Shown one piece after another: positions 38,801 through 49,687 of a stretch of 64,000 nt of DNA. The position numbers were made by a program, and so were the translations under genes. How positions within the stretch are numbered: the stretch's first letter is position 1; every line of letters begins with the position of its first letter. Under the pieces are notes generated by a model. It saw nothing but the letters and a program-made list of their open reading frames with translations. It did not search any database and was not told the DNA's origin. Source of the DNA: Phoronis australis (Eukaryota > Animalia > Phoronida); assembly GCA_002633005.1 (NCBI GenBank), contig NMRA01000364.1, forward strand, positions 181,075 through 245,074, given 5' to 3'.

Positions 38801-41800
38801 GAAATGATTAAAAGAAATGCAAAAAAGATAAAACTGAAAATAAGAGGAAATCCAAACCAAAAAAGAGGAAATGCAATAAACTTGCCTTCTGTGAAAAAAA
38901 AACTGATGAACGCCACTTACGCATAATGAAACTAGCTTAGACTCTAGTTCCTTACCCAAATTAAAAAAGAAAAAAATTATATTACTAAAATGACATTCAA
39001 GGTAAAGCCAGCTTGTTGAGAGCTAGACCTCAAGCAATAGTAAACTTTCCAAGCCCATTGACCACTTCAAATCTGAGCAAAGAACAAGCCGAGATCAGTT
39101 TCATAATCAAAATGCTATAAATCAAAAGTTGTTTTTATGACAGCGGCTGGTTTTACAGCTGCTGTAAAATCAACGAAGAATAACTGTACCATTAGTGCAG
39201 AACATAAATTTTGGCACAAGCTTAAGAGTTCACATCAATCAAACCAATTTGATGCGGTGATACCTTCCTGTTTACTAGCACGTCTCAATAATGCTGGAGG
39301 GAGACTGGAAATTCAACAGGTTGCGCTTGAGAGACAGAGGTGTTTCCCATAAAAATGAATGCATTCAGGTAACCATGTGGGACCCCCATCCCTTAAACAC
39401 CCCTATACTGATGAGCTGCTTTCAGTTTCATTCAGATGCTAAAAAGAAACAACTTTCATCACTAGCGCCACCTAGTGAATATCTAGTCGCCAATTGACTT
39501 GTAGTAATCATCTAGGGAGCGAATGTCAGTGGATAATGATGAGAACTTCCAACTTTGAATGATGAAATTTGTCAAAAAAGTAACAGTTAAGCTTATACAA
39601 GTTGCGCCATATCTGCACACACTCGATACTTTGCTTAGTCTCGTGTATACACCCACCTTCTCCAATATTAGACCACCCCTCTTAGCTCTCAGTCACATCA
39701 AATCATATTAGCATCTTCACTAACTTCCATCTGTCCCAGGACAAAGTAAGAGTATTCGGTAATCACAAGGGCATGTCAGGAGAAGCACAACTAAAGTTCT
39801 GTATAGTGGGTCAGTAGAAAGCCACAGGCTTGAGCACAAATGTTCAATACAACTTCACCCATTAATAAACCCAACCATTTTTCAGCGCAGCCCAATTGTA
39901 AAGCGCAAAGGTTTTGGTGTAATGCTACTGAAACATTTGGCACTACCTATTCTCAAGTCAAGTTCCTGACGCACATCCACGGCGTTGTTCACTCTCTCAT
40001 CCGGGGCGACCAAGTTGCTGCAAGCTCGCTGGACAGCACTGTGTAATAAAACAACACAACAACGGAGCGTATTAATCATTGCTGCCACAATCTCGTCAGC
40101 TGTAGATGTAGTTTGCTGACAGCAAAATAACGATAAAAGTCGGTCAATTAGATGCCGAGTGCAATGATGCGTGAACAAATGAAAGTCGGAAATAGATGTT
40201 AGTAGGAGACACTGGACCTGTGTCCCATTTCTGTAGTTTTATCAGGTTTTTGTATTTAAAGAACAGCTAATAAAAATACACCCTTCTCGTCACTTAATTC
40301 AACTCTCATCTTATAAAAAATTATCTGAATAATTATTGTTGTCGTTACGAAACACGTGATTCTTCTGTCATAGAGAATAAGAGTTACTTACGCGGGCGTT
40401 ATCTCAGAGAACCTGGCTCTGAAGACTGGAATGTTGGGCTTGACTGAAATTAAGTAAAACAGTTTTACGTTATAGTGAATCAGTGATACTTCATGTGTTA
40501 TATATGTGTGTAATTAGGCCCATGCCCGTATATCCAAAATAAATGGACTTTCAAAGAAAATTTTTACATACAAAGAGTCTCAAATACAGTGAACATGTGA
40601 ATGTGTCTAACCTTCACAAAAAGAAGCAGGTGGTTATCAACTGCATGTGTGAGTGTCTTAAACAGTGCTTTTGTGAGAATTTTGTAATAAAAACAAGGGC
40701 CTATCAATAGTAAATGTGCATGTTTTTAGGGTCATCGATTCCTAGACATTGTGGTCAAATATCGGCCCCCTTCCCCTCCAAAGACTTTAAAAAAACATGC
40801 GAAATATCCATAATCAAGTCTGACACAAAATGCCGCTCTAATTGATCAAAAATTCCCCTCATGGTATGAATACCAAATGCCATAAAAAAACAATAGAACA
40901 AATAAACCTTACAAAATTGTCTTTTTACTGTTAGTGCAAAAATTATCCTTCTAGTAAACAAACATTGCAAAAATTCTCATTTAAAAAGGTATAGGCACCT
41001 ATACTCTCAAATGATCAAATGAACGAGGGCCCTCGTCTTAAACTGGGTATTTTTGTGAAAGTTTTTGTCCATTTTTAGTGATGTTCATTTAATAAGTGAA
41101 GTTAAGTTGAAAACAACATGAACCATTTTGCAACAGACAACTCAAGTTTTACTTCAGTGTTTCACACCTAGTTGCATGTGCCTGATTTCGGATATAGGCA
41201 CAGTTTCAAATACAGGCGTATGGGACTACTTCCAAATTTAGGCAAAGATTGTCACATGGGCTGAAGACATGCAAACACTGCAATGAGACAACAGAATGAT
41301 GTACTGACAACTGCCGTGAAGTCATTACAAAATACATTTAAAGGATAGTGTTTGGTTTCTGTTATAATTCTTACATTCAATTGCTATTCTTGAGTGTTTT
41401 CATTGGTATTTAGTACAAAGGCAAGACACTTAGCAGTCTGCCAATGATTAGTGAACCAAGAGATTTGTCTTGGCGTTGTCTGTGGTCTCAGCATATGATC
41501 AACGATTTTAAATGGCATTTGACAAAATAACAATTTAAGTTGCCCGTTTAATCAGTATTTCACATGACAATTAAAACAGCGATTGAAATGCCTGTTAAAC
41601 GAGGCATGTTAACACAGCTCTTAATTAAGAAACAGCACTCACTACTTTTGCAGACTTGTATTATTTCAAAGCCGATGTTTTCCCCTTCTCTATCACCGTC
41701 TGTCCAGATGACCAGCTTCTGACAGCTTCTCACTTCCCTCTCCAAAGTTCTCTATGAAAAAGAAGTAAAATCAGCATTTTTACACAGCCATCTGGTGCCA

Positions 41801-44800
41801 TAAAGATGACGTGGTCGGGAACTTTATACAAGGATACTAATAGCAATGTGAAAATGACCCAAGGCTTATGCTCAAGCACAGAACACGAATGATGTGTTTA
41901 TAACGTACAAAATGTGTTATATAACAAATTGCGAAAAAAACGAGAAACGGCAAAACAGATGCCTTTGAATAAAAGTTAACATCAGCAATTGTCAAATTTC
42001 TGCCAGATCCTGAAGTGAAGGCAAACACCCAGGGACAGCTAAGAATTGCAAAATAATTCAGAATTTGCAGCTTTCGAGCTCAGCGCAAACATACAAGTGG
42101 AATTATAGGATATAAGTAATGACAACAGTGATGACCACCGTGGTTGTGACGATAGTGATGAAGAGGGTGATGACAAAGATAATGATATTGGTCACGGCGA
42201 TTGTGATGGTAAAGATGATGATGAAGATGGCTGTGAAAACGATGAGGACGATGGTAGTGGTGACGGTGGTGTTCGTGGAAGTGGTGGCAACAGTGGCGAG
42301 AGTGGTGGTGGTAGATGATGGTGGAAGTGATGACGGTGGTGTGGAAGATGGTGATTGTGTTTGACAAAGCTAATAGTAGTGACAGTAGTGAAGATGATGA
42401 TGGTGGTGATGACGATAGTGATGGTGGTGACGGGGAGATGATGGTGGTGGTGGTGACGATGCTAATAGTAGTGGTTGTGGTGGTTAAGATGATGATGGAG
42501 GTGAAAACGGTGGTGGTAGTGATGTAGAAGAGCACTCAACAATGCGTTTAATTCTTGTTTGAGTCTGTTGCTTGGCAATCCCATTTGAGTAACAGATTAA
42601 TGTGACATAAGGCAAAAGGACCAAGGGCTTAATGCATTAATTTAACACCATTTCGGACAGTGATAAAAATTTTGAGTGCCAAACCCCTTCAAGATTACCT
42701 TGATATCTTTGTAGTTTTCAGGACACTGTTTCTCAACCGGTATCTCAAACAGCTGAATTGGATTACAACTGTTCCTGAAATCAAAAAAAGTTCAGTATAG
42801 AGATTTTGTTCCATTTTCTTTTTCACTTGAACACAACAGACAATTTTAAGGAAATTCTATTCAGGGAAAATGAGGAATTCCTGTGCCAACAAATGTTTGA
42901 ATTATCTGGCAATTACAAATTCTAACCTGGACATATAATGTGAAAGGTCAAAACATACCACCTTCGTAATCTATTGTGAACAAAATTTAGAACACTAGGA
43001 GAGCACAATTCAAGCACTTCAAGTCCTACACAGCGCATTAGATAAAGACATATTCGAAAAGTTCAGAACACAATCAATCAAATTAACAAGAATGACTCTC
43101 CCCATTGGAGAAATCAGAGAACTACCTTGGGTCCATGATGTCGTCACTTAAGAACACAAAGTCTTGTATCAAAGAACTGATACAAAGGGTATGCAGGTTA
43201 CGGCTTAAAGTCATTCTAATATCAACTTAACTCCATACCAAAGGAGCATTGATGTAAGCTACAAAATAGGTTGAAACATTAAGGTCGGCTTTTACTGATT
43301 AGAATTATGGCGCTGCTGAAACATGCAGGTGTACTTTTTTAAGTTTCAAGTATCATATACCTGGTTGGATAACAAGTGAAATGGAGTGCTTACAGTAGTT
43401 GTAGAATGGTGGATATTTAAAAAAAATCAAATAACCACAACATGAGCAGCTGTTGACAGCAACAATTGGTGATAACTTGAATGACATTGAACTTATACAT
43501 TCGTACTGCATCAAAGCGTCAACACTCTGATGCTACATCCATCTTTCTACTGCAAAGTTAACTTACCCTCTAAGCTACGATCCACAACTGAAGTTAATGG
43601 CTCATATAGATCAACACTCACCAAAACATTGATACGTCGACATTAACACTTTAATCTGCACTTCTAATTTAGGCACACTTGTTCATCACAACTGTCAGTC
43701 CACCACAACTTTTGTGTATTAATTATGCAGGTATGAACAAAAATGAACCCAGGTCAATACCAATGTTATAGTGATGATAGGTCAGAGTTCAACATAGTTA
43801 CCATCTTCTGTAGCTTCCAATGAATTCATAGTTCAACAAGTGTCCAGACACAGAGGTCATTACCATGGTACTGTGTTGGTTCAGCAACATAAAGTCGAAC
43901 TCGTAAATTTTGTTGAATCTTGAGAAACCTTCACGCTGTAAATTTAAACATAAAATGTAGAGCTTACAAATGATGAATGTGACACTAAATTAGAAACCAT
44001 GAACAGGCTTTATCTGAACTGTCTCACAGGATACGTCTCAAAATCAATACAACATTGAATACAAGAAAGGAAAGTTCTGTTGGAATACCGTGCATACAAC
44101 AGTTTTCAAACTTAAGGAGACAGACTTGGACAGAACTCTGTAAAACCTGGAAGAACTTACAGCCAGAATTATTTGGAAATCAATTCGAACTTTATTGTTG
44201 AAAGGAATATTTTGTCAAACTAAAGTCAGGGTTTGATGTGATGTTATTGGACAGGACTTGGAATGACCAATGACAAAAAACGCAGAAACTTTTACGGCCC
44301 AAATCATGCCCGATAACCAGCCTTGAAATGGTCAATGTGTGCCTTTCCCCGACAAAAATCGGGAGGACTAAAAAGAAAAAAATAAAAAATTTAAAAAAAA
44401 AAAAAAATAAAAACGTTACTAGCACCAGTAGCATGCGCCCGTCCACTCCCAACCCACACATTTTTGCTGCAGAGCCGTAGTATTTGTCGCCGCGCTTAAC
44501 AATAACACGAGACGCCATTGAAAATCCCGCCACGCTGTCCCAGATGCCGCGGCAATGTTGACAATTTACGTACTTCCGAAACATAAAGAGCAGCATCTGC
44601 TTTTTGAGGTGAACGCCGTCTGCAACGCCGCGGTAAGAAAGGCATTTGCCACAGAAATTTTATATCAAATCCGATTTTTTTACGCGGAAATATTATAAAA
44701 AAAGCGGAAAGCACATTTGAAAAAAGCGGAAATCCGCGTTTCCGCGGAAAATTCCAAGCCCTGATTGGATCTACCTGCTGCTTAGTTATTCGTGGATTTT

Positions 44801-45889
44801 TATTGCAGGTTGTCATGGTTTCGACAAAACCCGTGAAACCATAATTCTTGAAATTTTGTCAAAATTCAGCCACAACTGAAATTAGTTCTTGTGGAAAAGA
44901 AACAGATATTTAGAAGCGGCTTTTTGTGTCGAAATTTTGTCAAATTTCAATGCTGTCTAGCTTATCTTGAAACCTACGGTTTAGTTTGCTAAACTACTAG
45001 TACTGTAGTTGGTCATAGTCGCTTATGTGGGTCCCTGATTTGAAAGTGATTGAGAACCAGTTACTCCAACTGAATAATGCTCAATATTCAGTGGGAATTA
45101 CTGGTTCTCAAATCACTTTTAAATCAGAGACCCACCCATCCAAATATTACTTTTTAAAAATATTAAACACTGTTTTGGTGACTTCAACCAATCCTTCTTC
45201 TGTCACGGGCTAATGTATCATTGGCAACCCACTAGAGTGATAGAAGTTGAATTGAACTAAAGACTCATGATCCCAATGCCACATGTTGGATATCATGGTT
45301 CTTGGTGGGTGGTCTTTCCCCAGTTACCATGCAACTCGTCTAAAGTGTAGTTCATGTACATTTGCCCATTTTCAAACTTTGAAAGGGGTTTCACATTGTG
45401 CTCCTAGAGTCCTAACTTTTCAGGGTTGTTAAGGGATATGGGTCATTATTTTGTTTCAGAGCATTGGACGGGAACTCGTTTCTTGTGTATTTGGAGAGGT
45501 GAAAGTCTCCTATTCTGTACACATTTGGGCTACCACCCGCTTAAAATAGATGGGTTTTGAGATTATTACAGAAACCAAAGGGAAGGGGACTATTGTTGCC
45601 TCTAACAGCCAGCCAAAGGCAATGAGGCCAAGGCGCTAGTTTAACTTAGTTGCAGATGATCTGATGAAAGGCACTAGATATACCGATTCTTGGAGAAGAA
45701 CCAGTTTCATACAGTGAACAATGTCCCTCTTTTACTTACACGATTATAGTGCCCTCTAGACATGACCTCTGATAAGGATTTGGCAGCGTCATTTTTTTCA
45801 GCTACATTAAGGACTTTCACTGGCATCTTGCTGTTGTTGAAAAAATTAGAGGAACAAGAAAATGATCGAGTGAAAAGACGTTTTATCAT
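26803..45889 (-). CDS. TOP3A: DNA topoisomerase 3-alpha (about 1020 aa, 22 coding exons)
   Basis: Exons (plus coordinates): 45740-45889, 43802-43935, 42699-42774, 41643-41751, 40392-40443, 39947-40038, 38436-38606, 37937-38037, 37389-37463, 36622-36802, 36094-36200, 35007-35117, 34232-34357, 33470-33887, 32504-32588, 31928-32027, 31169-31242, 30245-30705, 28870-29059, 28146-28258, 27261-27362, 26803-26837. All are GT-AG and phase-compatible (3063 nt). Motifs: [49 protein letters not shown], catalytic [27 protein letters not shown]4 zinc ribbon, two GRF zinc fingers and terminal CCHC ([15 protein letters not shown]). The GRF fingers distinguish it from TOP3B. Confidence 0.97.
38657..39056. mobile_element. 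hAT-like MITE in a TOP3A intron (CAGGGCTTGGAA family), copy A
   Basis: Starts CAGGGCTTGGAATGACCAATGACAAAAAA and ends TTTCCAAGCCC; shares its first ~29 bp with 44252. Confidence 0.6.
42115..42525. repeat. Degenerate (GAT/GGT)n trinucleotide low-complexity tract in TOP3A intron 3
   Basis: Seen directly; explains the overlapping ORFs on both strands. Confidence 0.9.
44252..44763. mobile_element. hAT-like MITE in TOP3A intron 1, copy B (512 bp)
   Basis: CAGGACTTGGAAT...ATTCCAAGCCCTG TIR, flanked by ATTGGA on both sides (44246-44251, 44764-44769); subterminal GCGGAAA repeats. Confidence 0.8.
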
Positions 45890-46261
45890 GATTTGACCAC
45901 AGATTAAGGCGGCATTTCTGTTGCTCCTTGCCACGAAATACTCTCAACGACTTAAAACAAAACATTTAAGTATTTCATTTACAAACAAAAAGGGAGTAAA
46001 ATTGTCCACTTTTCTGGAAGCTATTGAAAATACCGCCATACACTTGCAATCTATTTCCGGCAAAGTCAAAGACAAAGTGCATATTCTGTACTTTATTTTC
46101 AAAGACATTTGAATAAGTTTGAGTAAAATATGTCAATTTTAATTTGAATAATAAAGAATCCTTCGTTTTTTATAAGCTAATTTGACTAGACTACACTAGA
46201 AAACGCCAAAAAATCTAGGTTTGAGACTTGCATTGATGACAGAGACACCTTGTGGGCATCT

Positions 46262-46271
46262 ATGACGTCAT
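46262..46271. promoter_or_regulatory. Perfect CRE palindrome ATGACGTCAT in the short divergent promoter region
   Basis: Canonical TGACGTCA about 20 nt upstream of ATG 46290 and about 375 nt upstream of the TOP3A ATG. Confidence 0.5.
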
Positions 46272-46289
46272 CGAAGCGCTGTTTTCGAA

Positions 46290-46317
46290 ATGGCGTCTGC
46301 CAGGGAACTTAAGTCAG
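46290..46317 (+). CDS. First coding exon of a gene divergent from TOP3A, possibly CEP20/FOPNL
   Basis: AAA|ATGGCG Kozak context; MASARELKS+G then donor CAG|GTAATT. Resembles the CEP20 N-terminus MATVAELKA-V. No exon 2 was found in the window. Confidence 0.45.
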
Positions 46318-47144
46318 GTAATTTATGTTTTTATTTCAATGTTTCTTTCGTATGAGTCGTGAATTGTGTAATTGTGTTAATTTTGAGCAACAGTTCGCAG
46401 TGGCGGTACAAATGAGCAATTCAAAATTGTTGTTTTCCTCGCCAGGGATTTCTACAGGATTCCAAAACTGGGAGTCCAATTTTCGGAAAATCTCCATCGA
46501 GCACGTTGTGTTCCCGCCAGCACTATACACGGGCACGTGCACTGGCGCCATGTTGCACAGTACGCAAGGATCGACTGCAGATTTTTTCCCAGTTGCACTT
46601 CGGTGAAGTCCGCTCAAAATTCACTGCAGAAAATTCACGCTGCTCGGAATTTAAAATTTTGTTGGTGTTGAATTTACAGTTCGAAATTATTGCAGCAAGA
46701 AGTAAAACCAGTCACTTTCAAAGTGTAGCATGGTGTTATGTGCAGCGTTGTGTTTTATGTGTGGTGGATGACCACCGGTGTCGACCTGACGGATAGATGC
46801 TCAGTCGTTTTGAAGTTGGAGTATTGAAAAACCGGAAGTATAAGGAGTGTTGTATTAATTGGCTGCAGCTACTGCTACAGTCAAACAGGTTCGGCCTATT
46901 GAACTCGGTGAAGAGTAAAGTCTAGAGTGTACTTAATCACGTCTGCACGGGACGGCCGCAAACTCTAGAAGCCCCAGACGATCTTGTCACGTGGTCTTGA
47001 GAGGTGACTGGTCACGTGATGACGGGGTGAGTTCTGCTGGGCACTTCTGGCGTCAGGTGTCGCACCAGACCAAGACCAACATTGTAACGAAAAGGACATC
47101 ACAACATAGAGACGCCACAGCTAAGACTGACGTTGGCATTTACT

Positions 47145-47573
47145 TAGGGACGTGACAAAGTCTTGTCTCAACGCTGATTGGCTTTTCCCAGATATTGCGT
47201 AATGGCGATTATCGATAAGACAGCCATTGTCTCACGGTGGCTATAGTATTTCAGCTCTCTCTCCTCCAGAAACCAAGAAAACAGGGAACCACATTATTGA
47301 TGACGTAGACCGTAAATTCTTCTGGGCATACGTCATTTTCTTTGTTGAATTTTCATTCTTGTCAAAGCATGTCACTGGTGAGAAGTTGGGGGAATTTTTC
47401 GCTCCTGTTTGACTGCTTGTATTTTGAAANCGCTCTTCAAACGTTCGTAAAAAGTCAACGGCTTAATGGATTTTGTTAATTTTTTTTTTGTTTGACTCTG
47501 TTTTTGATGTTTTATTAAATCAATGCATTTTTAAATATTAAATAAGAATTTGAAATTTTTTGTCACGTCCCTA
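47145..47573. mobile_element. 429-bp hAT MITE inserted in the 3' LTR of element A
   Basis: Perfect 15-bp TIR TAGGGACGTGACAAA/TTTGTCACGTCCCTA; perfect 8-bp TSD CATTTACT (47137-47144, 47574-47581); the other LTR copy shows the empty site. Confidence 0.95.
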
Positions 47574-48324
47574 CATTTACTACATTCCTCCCTTCCCTAA
47601 AGAAAAGGAGTGGAGCCCTTATAGCAAATGGCGAACGTCATTCCCAACGTCTAAACATAAACCCTTGACTAAAAAAAATCAGTAACAAGAACTTAAACCC
47701 CGTAACTAAAATGATGTGGAATGACCCTAGTAAAGTACCAATTTCTGATTATGACTATTCTGAATAAATTTAAATATAACTATTCTCCCCCTACCAAAAA
47801 ACATAAAAACTAAAGAGACACACAGTCATAGCACATGTCCAACAGAATAGTGGAACATCACTAATCAAAGAAAGGAAAAAACAAAAATATGCCCCACTAA
47901 CACATGTACCAGGTGGCATGGAAATTCTGGACTATGCTATGACAACACTCCAAATGTTGGTAATGACCTGGCGAGAGTATATATACGTTTTTTAATAAGC
48001 TAAGAAAAAACTGAACAATGAAAAGCACACCAGTCATAAAATGAGTATTCAGTAATACTTTAGTAGTGATATAGTGAAATATAAAATGATCTAGTCTTTC
48101 ATAAAATACATAGACTAAATGGAAAACTTAAACTTTATATACAAAAATAAACTATATAGCATCAACTAATACATAATACTATAGAAAGTATAGTCTTGAA
48201 TATATAAATAGACTATATAGTATGGAAACATAACTTATAACAAAAATATACTATTTAGTTTTAACGAATAAACACTACTATATAAAAATAATCGACCAAT
48301 ATGCTACTTAATTACTTATACTAC

Positions 48325-49275
48325 TTAAATGGACACCACAATTCTCCTAGGACCAAGGGTAATGTCTCTGGGCAGCACGGGTACTGCGTGCTGGCCAAAT
48401 GCGTGGATCCAGGCGGATAGTACTTCAGCCGGCAACCTTGACATCAAGACCAGGACAACATACCAGTGGCTGCAAGCTGCTGGGCTGTTGATCCTGGGAT
48501 CAATCTCAAAGGAAGCCGAGTGAGGCCATTTCATGGTGCTACACATGAACCCCATAGACATTAGGTCTACGACGTGCATGCGCGGTCGCACAGGATAGGC
48601 CCCACATAAGAGGTTACCGAGATCCAGAATGTCCCTACAATCTCTTATCTCACGGTCCACCACTAACCTGTAGAGCACCGACAAGGCTTCAAACCTTATT
48701 CGATGCAGCGTGAGGTCAGCGAAGGTAAATGCTTCAGTTACCATGAAGAGGGCCGGTAAATGGTGCACATACGCGTGACGACGTAAATTCTCATCCTCTG
48801 TATGGTCTCCAGGAACGTGGAAACCACACAGAGGGCAAGAAAGAACCTCGCCTCGTTGAGGAGAGGGAGAGTAAGTCTCCCAACCAGCCTTCGGGCGGGT
48901 GGACGACTTCACTGGAACTCTTTTGTAGATGTTTTAGGTTTTTGGGAAGTCTCATCAACCACCTCTATGGGTACAGCGGGTTGAGACTCTGTAGCCACAC
49001 GGCCGGATGATTGAGGATCATCCAAAACGGAATCGTCCAGATCACCCTCCGAGGACAAGGATGTGGAGGGTTCCTGAGATACTGGACCACCTCTTTCCGC
49101 AGAAGTTGATGGGCCACTACCCACAGATGGCACCGGCACTGGCATACCCTCGTCCTGGGGGATGGGCATGACGGCGACGGTCGCTGAAACTGTTACCTGT
49201 GTAGGGGCATTCGCATTGCCCTTGAAAACGGGTAGATTTGGGTTTTCTTTCAACCCCGCGTCTTGACAAGAGAAC
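48325..49275 (-). pseudogene. Accessory ORF of LTR element A (disordered N-terminal half plus CxxC...HxxxH zinc-finger-like domain), probably one ORF split by a frameshift at about 48910
   Basis: ORFs 48909-49253 and 48325-48912 overlap by 4 nt; preceded by acceptor TTTTATTTTTAG (AG at 49276-49277); motif CPLC-x14-HAYVHHLP. Confidence 0.6.
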
Positions 49276-49292
49276 CTAAAAATAAAAGCAAT

Positions 49293-49586
49293 TTAACATG
49301 ATAAGTCAGACCGCCTAACGGGCTTGCACCGAGGGCAATAATATTTGTCGATGGTAGCCGCCACCTCACTGTTGATTCCGACACAACTACCATGATACTA
49401 TTCATCGCACGAATCACATTGGATCATAAATCCTCCGTTATCCGGGCGTCGACATACACAGTACAGCTGGTTATCAACAAGAAAGGGACTGTTAGAATTA
49501 CCCACAGCTAACATCCTTTTAATCCAAGTAGGCAACGTTTCCAATTTATCATTACAATTTTTAACCGTGGAAACTGAATTATCAAG
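49293..49586 (-). pseudogene. C-terminal tail of retrotransposon Pol with a PHD finger (one in-frame stop)
   Basis: VKNCNDKLETLPTWIKRM...[46 protein letters not shown] is a complete C4HC3 PHD pattern; TAG at 49398-49400 replaces the conserved Trp. Confidence 0.85.
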
Positions 49587-49687
49587 TCGGCGTCAGGTGT
49601 CGCACCAGGCCAAGACCAACATTGTAACGAAAAGGACATCACAACATAGAGACGCCACAGCTGAGACTGACGTCACCATTTACTACA

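Larger units (their letters stand above)
46724..49687 (-). mobile_element. Internally deleted LTR retrotransposon A (Gypsy-like): truncated 5' LTR 49589-49687, 3' LTR about 46724-47584, PPT 47585-47606
   Basis: 99-bp direct repeat (47049-47584 after removing the MITE, versus 49589-49687; 5 mismatches). On the minus strand the LTR starts TGTAGT and ends CTACA, and is immediately preceded by the purine tract AGGGAAGGGAGGAA. Confidence 0.8.

Noticed and set aside
42080-42535. His/Thr-rich and Val/Met-rich ORFs
   Set aside because: Products of a (GAT/GGT)n tract inside TOP3A intron 3; the flanking exons join in frame without it.
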